64,000 nt of DNA from Paraphysomonas bandaiensis (Eukaryota; Protista; Chrysophyceae), in NCBI GenBank assembly GCA_965644295.1, contig CBFFRP010000362.1:62001-126000 (forward strand), written 5' to 3'. The notes beneath the pieces are model-generated. The model was not told the origin of the DNA. It searched no databases and saw only the letters and a program-made list of their open reading frames with translations. Of the stretch, positions 1 through 12,791 are shown one piece after another; positions within the stretch are counted from its first letter, which is position 1; every line of letters starts with the position of its first letter. Made by a program: the position numbers and the translations under genes.

Positions 1-163
1 TGATATACATACGGTATTACTGCAGACACTGCTCTACGTATACTTACACAGAGTGTATCCATATGGGCCGGTACTACGACCACATACAGCAGCAGCGGTA
101 CTGTACATATACATGCTCCTATCGCTCTCCTTTCATCACTATGTTTCATACATACACTTTACC

Positions 164-2194
164 ATGATAACTTTTAGTAAGGTTCTCTATATCGCCGCCG
201 GTCTTGCTGGCCTGGTCGATGGTTGCTCGAATATTATCGTCAGCCCTGGAGCATCAGCAGACTCATCCTCTATGGTCGCTTATAACGCTGATAGTGCGGC
301 TTTGTATGGTAGCTTATACCACTATCCCGCTGCTGACCATCCAAAGAACTCAATGAGAGATATCTACGACTGGGATACTGGTGTTTACCTTGGACAAATT
401 GAAGAGGTTGAGCACACGTATAATGTTGTGGGCAATATGAACGAGTTCGGTTTGTCTATTGGGGAGACTACATACGGAGGGGTTAGTGAACTTCAGTCTC
501 AACCAGGAGCTAAAATTGACTACGGGTCGTTGATTTGGGTCACATTACAGCGTGCCAAGACGGCACGTGAAGCAATTCATACTATCAGTCGCCTGATGAG
601 TGAGAACGGTTATGCTTCTGAAGGAGAAAGTTTCTCTATTGCCGACCCTCATGAAGCATGGTATGAACCATTGAATTATAGCTATTTATGATATACCTGT
701 CGTACTCATGTTTTGAATTGTATATTAACCTAACTCTATGTCACTTCAGGGTCATGGAGATCATTGGTAAGGGTTCGTATGAGAGAGGAGCTGTATGGGT
801 AGCTCGCCGCATTCCTGACGGGTATGTATGCGCTCACGCTAATCAAGCCCGCATTACTACTTTCCCATTGGATGACCCCGAGGATACGCTATATGCACCT
901 GATGTTATATCCTTTGCCCGCAAAATTGGCCTCTATGATGGTCCCGATGAGGAATTTTCATTCTCCGATGTCTATGACGCTGTAACTTTCTCTGGTGCCA
1001 GGTGGGCAGCGTGATAGCATGTCATAGCATATCCGTGTACTTGTGAATTATCTCTGATTTTTGGGATGTTTATGTCTTACGCGTTGCCTCACAGGTTTTG
1101 TGAGGCACGTGTGTGGTCATTCTTTGGAGATGTTATGGGAGAGGAATGGGCACAACAGTATCTGGATTATGCCCAAGGCTACAACCTAACTAACCGAATG
1201 CCTCTTTGGGTGAAGGTATCGCTACACAATACCTTTACTGATTGTGATACTAATGATAATATTCGCAGCCGGTACAGAAGGTGTCCTTAAAGGACACTAT
1301 GCGTCACATGCGGAATCACTATGAGAATACCCCTTTAGCCATGGACGGCGAGGTCTTTCCTGATGTTGGGGCAAGCTATGGCTACACTCCAGTCCGTGCC
1401 CACCCGCTGACGTGGACATCTGGCAGTAAAGAGTACCTTAATGAACGGCCTATTGCAACCCAGCAAACAGGTTGGAACTTCATCGCTCAAAGTCGCAAAT
1501 GGATGCCCCAGGAATTCTCTGGTTTGCTTTGGTTCGGCGTTGATGACTCTGCTACAACAGTGCGTTTTCCTGTTTATGGGTCTGCTACGCGAGTGGCCGA
1601 TGCATTCGCGGGTGCTGGGGCTCAGGATGGCGTCACCCCCCCACTGATGAAATTTGATTTTCAGAGTGCATTTTCCGTGTTCAACCTTGTTGCCAACTGG
1701 GCATACTCAAGATGGGATCTAATGTACCCAGATGTCCTTGCCCGCATCGAATCTCTGGAAGACTCGTTAATTGCTCAAGCCAATGATGTTGATATTAAAG
1801 CTAAGCAAGTCCTTGAGTCAAGTGGTGTGAGCGCAGCTATTGAGCTCGTTACATCCTTTTCTGTTGACGCTGGTAATAGCCTCGTCAGGAGTTGGGCTAA
1901 TTTCTTTGGGGAAATGTTTGTAAAATACAAAGATGGATACGTGTTCACTGAGGACTCATCGGAGCCTAGCTGCGGATGTAGCGTTGCCAATGGGGCGTAT
2001 ACCCAGTCGTGGTAAGTTAATTGCTCTATCTATACATATTTGTGATTTCAAACGTTGCACGTAGGTATGACAGGATTGTCGCGGACACAGGAGATCACTA
2101 TTTGGTACACGAAGATGTTGATGCACTCAAGGCATCAGCTAAGCGACCTGGACTTATGCCCGTGTCGAAAGCTCAGCTTCTCGCTCGGCGATAA
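164..2194 (+). CDS. Secreted peptidase C69 family (dipeptidase A/secernin-like Ntn hydrolase), 5 exons
   Basis: A signal peptide is followed by the CSNIIVSPGASADSSSMVAYNADS mature N-terminus (nucleophile Cys). Motifs include NMNEFGLSIGETTYGG, AHANQARI and LWFGVDD. GT-AG introns at about 661-749, 1002-1094, 1216-1268 and 2012-2064 join the ORF pieces; stop at 2192-2194. Confidence 0.9.
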
Positions 2195-3308
2195 TCTCAG
2201 TGTTGTATTGAGCTTATGTTGCAGTGCTATTATTGTATGAAACATGTATCTTGTACTCAGTATTAGGGTATGTGAAATGATACTTATTGCGCATGTGATA
2301 ATAATCAAACTCTGTATTATTTTTATTATGATTTTTTCCGGTGTTCAACAATATCTTGAAATATATTGTAATTCATCTTTATATTGAAATATAATGTTAC
2401 TCACAACTCCACGTAAAGAAACAAAATTAATATGCCACCACTGCATTTGTATTTGTAGTAACTGGACCCCAAATCCTCACTTGTGCCGGGACAATTCAGT
2501 AGAGCAATGAAAGCAGGCCACTTCTGCTATTGGCTGAGCCAGAGGACACTAACAAAATCGCTGTCCAATTTCATCAAAGAAAGTTCCCAGTCGCAAGAAA
2601 CTTGAATTTATCGAGCTCTCGTTCAAAAATATCACCTAACGATAAATCACTCATTCTTATCAACATAAACACATTCTGTGATATCGATATGGTGGTGCAG
2701 GGTGCAGAGTATTGGCAATGATAGAACTACAACTTTTAACACTTCCTGGTAATAATAACATCTCACACCCTCTGGAATTGAAACTGTGGGCTACCTTACT
2801 ACCTTATGGATGCTCTCTGGTGCTTCGCTCTTAGAAATGATTTGGTTCGGTGCTAGTTTCCAATCACATGTAGGCAAGGCGTTGACCAACAAAAGAGATT
2901 CATTGTGGATATGAATCATTATTTCCCCTTGACGATGAAGTACAGACTATATTGCACAACACTCATATGCATAGAGAGAATTAACTGTCACAGTGAGGAT
3001 TATGGTGGGATTGATAGGAGTGAAGTACAGTAATACAACACTATACAAAATATACAGTTTTTTCTAAACTGAAAACTAGAAATCCGGTTAAAGATATTCC
3101 ACTCATCAGGTCCATTTGCGTCTGCTAGAAAACTGAAAACCGTTTAAAGATCCCTCACTTCTTCAAAAATGCAGATATCAATTTTTTGCCCCCCTATCGA
3201 TACCTCGACTTCAGAGGGGAGGGCGTGGATTTGATAGGCTCATCGCTTGACTTCAGAGTGTCGAATTATGTATATTAAACTGTGAGCAGTATAGTCTAAT
3301 TACAGACT

Positions 3309-6300
3309 ATGAAGATGATTATAAATATATTAGCAGTCGCATTATTGAGTATCTGTGATGTGGCACAGGGTGTGACGTATGATTTACTGAGAGGAGTCGC
3401 CCTGGCACCTGAAGAAAGATGGCTGGAAACTGGGTTCGTGTCTATTAACGATCGCACATGGACATCCATCTCTACTGGCGGAGATACATACGACAATGAC
3501 TCGATTGTTCTATTGAGTTTACCAGATATTGGTGGCCGGCACTACACGCAGGGTCAGCCTACTTCTCTGCGTATCAATAACCTGGCCTACAATAACGGGG
3601 GGGTGTCATTTGACGTCAAGCTCTTTCACCCTAATGACAGTTACTGCAGCAAGGAGTTTAGTGTTCCAGAGTATTTGGATGATCCTGTCCAGATCTCGTG
3701 GATTGTAGTAAATAAAGGAGTGTATAACATCTCCAACCATCACTTTGTTGTCGACTCTGGTGAAATCAATCGCACCCACCATCAGCTCGCGGGAGTCGGT
3801 GACACGGTGGATGTGTTTAACTTTGAGTTTCCTCGTGGTTGCAATGCAAGTGCCCCTGAAGATATCTGTGTCTTTTCTCAGGATGTCCCATTGGGTAATC
3901 TTGGGGCAGTGTCGACAATCCAAACACTCCAATATGAAACTTACATGCTCACCCGTACCTCACGCATCAGGCGTCGAGATATCACTCTTATTCTCACCCC
4001 TCATGATTCTGCAGACCCTAACTACTTTAGGTTTCCGATGAAAGAGACTGTTGGGTACATGGTCTTTGAAACTGGTGTTGTCATCAGTTGTGTCGAGAAA
4101 ATGACCTTCGAAACTGTCCGCTTTGACGACGTTACCAGTCAAGCATTATACTACGACTATTTTTACTCCTATCGGTATCCTCCTGGGATATATGGTAGTC
4201 TTATCAGTCAGAATAGTTTTGTAGACTCTACTGGTGTCCGTGTGTTCGAGCGCACAAGTAATGATGCATACGTTATTACCCAGGAAGATCAGTGCGTTGA
4301 GAACCAAACAATTCACACCACTGAAGAATCAGTGGCAGCACTGGTAGTTGGTGAAATATCTGGTACTGGTGATGAGATCTGTTCTGTTCGTTTTACTGGT
4401 CTTCTCGAGGAGTGCACCTATACTCTTCTAATGTTTGACTTGTTCGGTGATGGCTGGCATAATGTTGATGTTTTGGTCACCACAGATGGTGAGACGAAGA
4501 ATTATACTTTGGATAACTGTACGGGATGTGGACTTGTAGAGATTGTGTCTCAAGACTGTAAGGTTAACATCTCTATGACGTCCAATGGGGATCCTATAAC
4601 TCCTTGGGAGGCACTGTGGGTGATTGAGATTGACAATGTCACTTGGGCAGGAGACTATGATTCTGAAATCGGTATTAAAGAGTATGAGGTTGTGTACTAT
4701 AAAGATATTCTCGACACCGACCCTGATAGCGACGCCAATGAGTGCAAGGAATGCAAGCACCCCAAGCCTAAGGGTAAGGGTAAGGGTGGTAAAGGAAAGA
4801 GTAAAGGTGGCAGCAAGGGCGGTAAGGGTGGCAGTAGTAAGGGCGGTAAAGGGGGCAGTGGCGATGATGCAGCCACCAACGACGATCCCTCTGCCCAGGA
4901 TGATTACTCTCCTTCTGATGACAATTATGTTCCCTTCGATGATGATTTTCGAACCGATGATAACATTACAACCGATGATAATTATGTTCCTTCCGATGAT
5001 AATTATGTTCCTTCCGATGATAATTATGTTCCTTCTGATGATAATTATGTTCCTTCCGATGATGGCTCAAGCGGTGATAATGGGGCCGGTGGAAAGAATG
5101 GTTCCGGTAGGGGCAAAGGTGGCAAGAATGGCAAGCCGAAGAGGCCCCCAGCTGTCGTTACTATCGACCTCTTCGATGAACAAGAAAATGGTATGTTTTG
5201 GGGGGTACTATTTATGAGCGGTGTGGCTGCTTTTTGAATTTGTTGTATATGAGTGTGTGCACACGTTTTTGTGATACTTCTTTTTCTCACGTCATGTATG
5301 CGTAGGTTGGTACGACAACAGTGGCGACTCTACCCCGGTCTGTGACAGCGAGCTCTGCGAAAATGCTGATGACGATAGCTGTGAGTCAAATGTTCCTGAT
5401 GTACCGAACATTCTTTCCTATCCCCGCTATTTCATCATGAACGATAAGCGCACGAAGTTGATCAAGTACGGTACTATCTGTAAGAATGATCGCGGTGTCG
5501 AATACTGTGATGAGGTTCTACCGCATGACGGCCACTTTGTATTCCGTGTGGCTGGAGTTGAGCCCGATGGTGATGATGCTACTTGGGAATTTTGTGACAC
5601 GGAAGGTGGAATCAATGAAGAATTACAGTTTACAATGAAAGCTGGCAAGTGTCATCCCGGTCCTAAGCTGACTGCTGAGGAGTACTGTGATACCCTCGAG
5701 AGTATGGCTGTACTCACTGGCTCGATCCTCTTATCAGGAGTTCAGTCTGGCGACCTCAGTAGCCTCGACGAGAAAATCCTAGCAACCGATCTTGGTACTC
5801 TTTTCACTAATGCTCATAAGATCACTCTTCTGGGATGGAAACACGTAGAAGAGGGTCTTGAGGCCAGCTTTGAAGTCACAATGGCTGTGTCTGATGCGCA
5901 TGTGTTTTCTGATGTAGAGACTGTCGTGGACAACATCAAGAGTCATCTTGAAACTACCCTTGTCGACGGGAACTTTATTGCTGAGTTGTCAGCTGAATTG
6001 GATCATCACCCGAACACCAAGCATGACGTGCTCCGCAGTGCCAAAACAGTTTCTCTAGAGCACTTGGAAGTCGCCGAGACTTACTTTGTCCACGCAGAAG
6101 AACAATCTACTCAACCGGTTGAAGTTGTTCTTCCGTCATCCAGCTCCGCAAGTGAGAAATCTGCTGACTCATTTCGTCTTACTGCTGTCTCTGGCGTAGT
6201 TGTTTTGGTGGGCACTGTAGTTGTTGTTGCTGGTGTGGCACTTGCACTTATGACTCGAAGAAGGACCCATGAGCTTCTCCCTGCGGATTCTACGCATTTG

Positions 6301-6324
6301 AGATCTGTTGAAATGAATGCCTAA
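3309..6324 (+). CDS. Type-I membrane/surface protein with beta-rich repeats, Lys/Gly blocks and Asp-rich tandem repeats; 2 exons
   Basis: N-terminal signal peptide. Intron 5191-5305 (GTATGT...CGTAG) links the 642-aa and 295-aa ORFs. C-terminal TM segment AVSGVVVLVGTVVVVAGVALALM is followed by TRRR and a short tail. Confidence 0.85.
4974..5063 (+). repeat. Coding 21-bp tandem repeat (DDNYVPS)x4, with degenerate copies upstream
   Basis: GATGATAATTATGTTCCTTCY is repeated four times. Confidence 0.95.
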
Positions 6325-6897
6325 GTTTAAGAGCAAAGATATGTAAAACAAGAAAATAATGCAGTAGCTAGTTTTATTTAGCATACTAAACGAGGTCGCA
6401 TGAGTCATTGGACATGTGTGTGTTGTTTAGTAAATTAATTTATTAAGGTGGTACACCGAAGAAATTTGTACTTCTACACTTAGCATTGCTTTTCATTTGC
6501 ATGTGTAAGTACTTCTGACTATTAGATTTATGCAATTTTAAGATTCATGAAACAGGCCCTATGGAGAATTTGTGATAGAAAACGACATAACTGAACAATA
6601 CTTTCACTATGCTGCTATTATGAGTTAGCTAGAATATTGATCATTTTCACAATTAAGATCCTCGTTAAGAGAAGTTCATTGTAATCAAACTAGATAGACT
6701 CTTTTATTACATTGCATTCATTACATTACTTGTGTGTGCGTTGATATGTAATAACATGTCAACAACATGGTAATATATAATCTATAATTCGTTCTTGTCA
6801 ACCACTGCTCAACTTCCGTATCTTGAATCGTCATGATACAATAATTCAGTTTTACAGCAATTGTTGAGTGGGTTAACTACATTCAATTGAGTGGAAG

Positions 6898-7480
6898 CAG
6901 GGCTAGGAAACAATATATTAACAAGTATGTTACAACAATACTATTGACGGAGATTTTAAACAGGCCCAACAATACAATTACAATATATTGCAATATATTA
7001 GCGTGACTAATCAGTAAGTAAACACATCCGTAGATTCCATTTTTAGTATTAGTCATTACGATCACATGACAACCAAACCAACTGCTGCTTATAGCTGATA
7101 AGAATTACCTCGTCCTCATCTTCTGATCCATCATTGGTGACGTCAATATCACCACATTCATCCATAGAATTAATTGAAATATGCTAGTATCCGGCCACAA
7201 CTGACGATTAGCTTTCAGAAACAACGGCATATTATTAAGTAGGATGGATACTTTTGCCCAACACTGACATAATATGTTTAGCTGCGCTGAACAAACATTC
7301 CCATGTATTGGAAGTACATACCACGGCCTGGTAACCGTTAATGACTCGTGGACCTGAACGTTTCTTAATTTTTTGAGCTGCCTGAAAACTTTTAATTTGC
7401 ATATAGCCAACATCAGCGTCATCAGCTTCATCATCCTCTGTATTGTTGTAACACTGTATGAACGGAGATATATTCTAACA
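6898..7480 (-). mobile_element. Degenerate hAT transposon 3' end (dimerisation-domain remnant plus TIR)
   Basis: The minus strand reads CTSNTWECLFSAAKHIMS and, after a frameshift, LFLKANRQLW, matching the hAT C-terminal TS..ER.FS.A...LFL..N..LW pattern. Terminus CAGGGCTAGG at 6898. Homologous to 61190-61535 in reverse. Confidence 0.7.
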
Positions 7481-7499
7481 GCATCTTTGTCAAATCAAA

Positions 7500-8240
7500 T
7501 TCTTTGCCTACTTAGATTTTTGCAATTCCATGTTCCCTAAATTCGGAAAAAGTGATATTCAATCTAGAGGGAAAGATTTTGATCTTCATATGTTCACTGA
7601 TGCTGACTTCAGCTTCAGGTTATGTTATGTTCGGAGCTGGTGGGCTACTATCGTGGGGTTCCAAACTTCAGTCTATTGTGCGGCTACATCGACTATGCAA
7701 GCAGAGTATCAATGCTTATATAACGGATTACAGGAAATGAAATGGTCTCGGGGGGTGACTGAAGAAGTAGGGTTGAAAATTGACCAGCCCACACCATTAT
7801 TCCTGTATAGTCAAAGTGCTCAGGATATATCTGAAAATCCAGTGCAACATCAACGATCAAAACATATTGATATTAAATATCATATATAAGATTAGAGAGC
7901 ATGTGGATCCCAAACAGTTTAATACAGCAAAATTAATTTATGTGAGCAGTCGACAGCAGATGGCTGATACATATATCAAGGCTTTATGTGGTCCAATATT
8001 TATTGAACAGAGGGAGCGAAATCTTGGGGGGAAATTTAAGACTACTGAACGAATTATCGCAGAGGTACCCAAGGTAAAGAGAGCTCGTTGTAACTAGTTG
8101 GGTGTGAATGAATGGTGGTAGCTAGCTATACCAGCGGAGTCATACGTCCACCAGTGTTCTATGAGGTCAGGTGGTTGCATATCTGATAGCAATGTTCTTC
8201 ACTATTTTAGAATGGTTAACTAAATCCAATTGAGTGGGAG
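7500..8240 (+). mobile_element. Ty1/copia retrotransposon 3' remnant (frameshifted RNase H) with polypurine tract
   Basis: FTDADF, ATSTMQAEY, ENPVQHQRSKHIDIKYH and QMADTYIKAL are copia RNase H motifs. PPT GAGTGGGAG at 8232-8240 abuts TGTTG. Confidence 0.9.
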
Positions 8241-8450
8241 TGTTGAGTTCTGCAAGCAATATGATGTGATATATATTGTGCAATTGAGTGATTTAATAGT
8301 GTGCAATAGGTTAAGTCAACTCATAGGTGTAACTGGTGATTATAGTTTCCAAGGAATTATATTCAGTTACTGATGGGTGACTATATATAAGATATAGAAC
8401 TGACTGATGAACATATGATAAACAGATTGCTGCGAACAGATGTTTCATCA
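8241..8450 (+). repeat. 3' LTR of the copia element (210 bp)
   Basis: TG...CA ends, directly after the PPT. Homologous over its full length to the reverse complement of 42890-43099. Confidence 0.88.
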
Positions 8451-8795
8451 ATAAGTGTCACTTGTGTAGACGTCTTTGGTCCCTGACGAATAAACAGGCA
8501 TCCGGAAATGGGCCCACCTCAAGGACTTCCTGGACAGGGCCCACCTGAAGGGTAACCGGGGTATTGGGATGCATGCAATTCAAACATCGGAGATAGATCA
8601 ACATAAGAACTCAGAGTGTAAGTGGTCGCACCTTGGTGCTTGCGGCGACGCACAAGCAGCTTCCGTAGCGTTAAATAGTAGTATAAAAAAAGTGTGTACT
8701 GATTAGTTACAGGTAGAGGTCTAACTAGTTTGTCTAACATTCATCTAGCATCTAGCTACTATGTTGGTGAAGGTTTTTTGCGCCTATTGCAAATC
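8451..8795 (-). repeat. Unclassified dispersed repeat family, copy A
   Basis: The reverse complement matches parts of 60420-60710 and 41300-41460, including the core AACGCTACGGAAGCTGCTTGTGCGTCGCCGCAAGCAC. Confidence 0.8.
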
Positions 8796-9651
8796 ATAAG
8801 ACTTGCAATATATATGAAAACTTTATTCATAATCAGCGGCAAACTTAATGCTTTAAGAGTTAGAAAATAGTTTTCTCAGCAACAACATAACAACGTACTC
8901 TTACTCAAAATTCTAAAAAAGCATTGAAAAAATATGCATGCTTCACCTAGAAAACATTCATAAGAATATTCTTTTCCTTCAAAGTTGAAAGGAGCTGCAG
9001 TGCACAACTAAAAAAAATACTATACTCTGTAATTATACCATATATTAAGCAACAATGATGCCCAAAGAAGTTGATGGAAGTGTAATTTACAGAGTCTTCC
9101 TCGGAGTGAATTCGCAGGACCACCGAGCCACCATCCTTCGCTCAGGCTTTAAGTTTGTTTTCTGACACTGAGCGAGCAAACTGGTATTCCTTGATGAGAG
9201 ATCTAAAGACGTTGAAGAATGCTAGTTTGCTCTCATCCGACAGCAATCACGACAAAAAGGAACTGATTTTGAAAAGCGTGTTCTGGACAGCGCCGAGGTC
9301 ACCAAGAGAGCTCGACTTGGCTCTTGGTTCCTATCACATATCAGTCCAGCTACCGCTACTTGCATCATATCCAAGCACAATCTAATGTTGTTGAGAGGCT
9401 CTGTAGTCGTGAAAAGCTAATTATGACACCTGAGCGTAGAAACATGAATCCATATCGTTTAGAACCGTTTCTATTCCTATGAGCCAATTACATGTTGTGG
9501 GATGCTTATGCCCCCCATGAAGCCATGCAAGAAGATCCTGATGTGCCTGTTGAGAGCGAGAAGTAGTTACGATTTGTAGTCTGTTATCCGTTATTACACT
9601 AAATTTGCAATTAAGGGAACATCACACTATCAAAATGAGCGGTATAATTAG

Positions 9652-9965
9652 GTATGTATGTATGTATGTATGTATGTATGTATGTATGTATGTATGTATG
9701 TATGTATGTATGTATGTATGTATGTATGTATGTATGTATGTATGTATGTATGTATGTATGTATGTATGTATGTATGTATGTATGTATGTATGTATGTATG
9801 TATGTATGTATGTATGTATGTATGTATGTATGTATGTATGTATGTATGTATGTATGTATGTATGTATGTATGTATGTATGTATGTATGTATGTATGTATG
9901 TATGTATGTATGTATGTATGTATGTATGTATGTATGTATGTATGTATGTATGTATGTATGTATGT
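9652..9965. repeat. (GTAT)n microsatellite, about 78 units
   Basis: Perfect tetranucleotide run ending about 70 bp upstream of the coilin ATG. Confidence 0.99.
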
Positions 9966-10032
9966 GGTATGTGCAGTAGTGTCTCTTCATGAGTAGTGAT
10001 GCACACTTGAGTGGTATATAAATTCCATATCA

Positions 10033-12124
10033 ATGAAGCGTATTCGTCTACACTTCGACCGTCGTCTGTGCAGTGTTCCAAAGGAGCATAAGAGGTGCTG
10101 GTTTGCAATTAAGAAGTGCTACAAGTCTGTGTCTGATCTTCAGCATGACATCTGCACCCGCTGCATTGATTCACTGGAGGAGAGACAGTCCATCTACTTG
10201 ACACTTGACTCCTACACACTGCTGCCTGGCGAGGTAGATAATCTATATGTATATGTGTATGTATGTGTATGTATGTATGTGTATGTATGGTATGATGATG
10301 CTCATAGTGGTGTTGTGTTATGTCAGGATATATCGCTGATAGGTGATGATGATATCATTGAAGTTAAGAGTACAAACCTGCCTGGAAAAGCGGCATTGAA
10401 GAATATGAAGAGACGGAAAAACAAAGCAGCATTTAAAAGTATTACTGGCGAAGAATCTCCTGTGCTGGCGATATGTGATGCTGATACAAGTGGGAACAAG
10501 TTAGATCGATCAGACCAAAAACAGACAAAGGAAGACCAACAACCACAAAATGATAAAGTGAAGAATGATGATCACCTGACGAAGAGCAGCAAGCACACTA
10601 AAGATTCGAAGGATGGGAAGAGAGCGACATCTGACTGCCCCGCATCTGGTCAGAAGAAGAAGAAACGAAAGTGCAACTCATCGCCTGACATCATCAATAG
10701 TTCTCCATCTTGTCCCGAGAAACGCAGGTCACCAACCACTTTCCAGCCGAAGCAGTCCTCTTCTGCTCCTCCCCCTAGCACACCTTTTCCTGGAGTTCCT
10801 GCGAACACTACACCCAGCTGTGGTAGTGTCAGTGGTGGTGCTGGACGACATATCCGGTTTTCTGATGATGGGGCTGTGACAGTTTCATCCACAAATCCGA
10901 AACCCGTTATTACAGCACCTCCGCCTCCACCGGGACCCCCCCCTCCTCGTACTGCATGCTCCCCAAGTCGCCTAACCGGCCAGGTTACAGGCCACGGTAA
11001 TGGCACTCCAGGTCAACGGGTGTTATTGGGAGGCAAGCGATCTATAGTCAACACACCAGCATGGATAGTTTCTTCATTGTCTCCTTCTGCGGGTGCTACA
11101 GATAGGGCATCATTTCCCGCCCCATTTAGTGCCCCGGCGTCGGCAGCACGAGCGACTGGGCCAAGAGTAAACCGTGCTAACGTTAGAGAAATGGAGGATG
11201 ATGGATTCTCTCTAGAAGATATGGGCAAGGAGCCCCTTCTCACTTTCAAACGACCAAAGAGAAAGTATGAGGTGCTGGTCTCTCGTCACTCACTAGAAAG
11301 TGGCACAAGTGGGTTCCAGAGTAACGCTAACTCTTCTTCCACGAAAGAAAGTCATATTGAATCATCACTGCAGTGAGTGGTATATACTAGTGAATGATAT
11401 AAAGCTCATGTTTTTCCAGCAGTCACAAATCGGGAGTTTTACGTGTACCTATTCCACGCAATCACCCTCTCAAGGTATTGTACTTTTCATGAATGTTTTG
11501 CTGATGCTATTTTAACTCTGTATGAAATATGCAACTAACATTGTAAAGTGGATGCAATGCTGCGTGTTTAGTACAGTTTGTATATTGTGTTTATGAAACC
11601 ATCAAGCGTAGTGTACCACAGGATATAAATACTTATGCGTGATGCGGTATATCCTTGAATTGGACATGTGATGAATCGTTGGTGTTTCTTTGACGGCTCT
11701 ATGTCATCTCAGGTTGGTGATGCCGTAGCCTATCAAACGCTATCTCTATGTGAGGAGACATGGACTCCAGTTGTGTCTGAAAACCCCGTTGAGGTAGGGG
11801 CTGTGTATCGCTATAACTGTACATATTCAATAAATTGAATTACAGAGTGTAGTGGTGAGTGTTAACGGAGAGGGGGCGAGTGCGACATACACAATGGCAC
11901 CGTACGAGATAGGAAGTCGATCTTCTGCAATAGAAGGCCAAATACCCAAGGACAAATTGACTTCTGTTTCTTGGAGTGATATAGCATCTGCGTGGATATT
12001 AGTAGACCAGTCAAATACCCCGCAGCGTCCTGATAGTGGTAGATCTGATAATCAGCCTCATACCTCATCATTGTTGGATGAGTTTGCGGAAGAGTTGGAA
12101 CGAAAAAAGAACCTTTTACAATAG
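10033..12124 (+). CDS. COIL: Coilin-like Cajal body protein, 5 exons
   Basis: The N-terminus KRIRLHFD...RCWFAI...VSDL...LTLDSYTLLPGE|DISLIGDDDIIEV matches the coilin N-terminal domain. A disordered middle carries an NLS-like KKKKRK. The spliced C-terminus LKVGDAVAYQTLSLCEETWTPVVS matches the coilin Tudor-like domain. Confidence 0.8.
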
Positions 12125-12791
12125 CGTAATCAATGAAGTTTGTACTCCTGAACATACTACAAGCTTTGTATTACTGCGATCACTTGATCTGTGATGATAT
12201 AGAGCATACAGTGACTATCACTTTTTTATTTTCTTCGATTAATATTTAATATATAACATGGCATAATTTTCACGAAAAATGTGATTCTCTTATCGTCGAA
12301 ATGAATTACTGTTGTAGAGTTTAGACATGTAACATGTATATAGCACCGTGTATATGTCAATATCACCCTTCATTTGTGCCCGAGAAAGTGTAAAAGCGAG
12401 CTCAAATTTATAAGGCTTGAGTAATTTTCCTTGTGATACGGAAGTGTTCATTGAGCTTCAATATATGAAACAAGAATTAGATAAAAGTTCGGGAACTACT
12501 TACTTATAATAGGACTACGATAGCTGAGCTTAATCACAGTATATATGCGATATGCACACTGCAGACACACACTTTTAAATATGTAATAAAATAAAGTCTA
12601 AATGTAATTCTGAACGATTAGCTTTATAACCTTGATATCGTAAATATTATATCATGCACTGGTTTCATGCTGAATACCAGTGTGTCTAAACCTATAAATA
12701 ATCGAACATTGTGCTGCGGACTAATAGTATCGTAGCCAATGAGATCACGATTGTACACAATCACTGAAAAGTGTTCACAGTGACTAAACAA

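Noticed and set aside
6740-6800. 5' LTR or PBS of the copia element
   Set aside because: No similarity to the 8241-8450 LTR and no tRNA-complementary PBS. The element is 5'-truncated against the hAT remnant.
8480-8520. Hammerhead ribozyme core (CTGACGA...GAAA)
   Set aside because: No stem II can form between the boxes, and the homologous copy near 60680 lacks the intact CTGA.
9605-10108. ORFs encoding (MYVC)n or (HTYI)n
   Set aside because: These are translation artefacts of the (GTAT)n microsatellite, which lacks stops in every frame.
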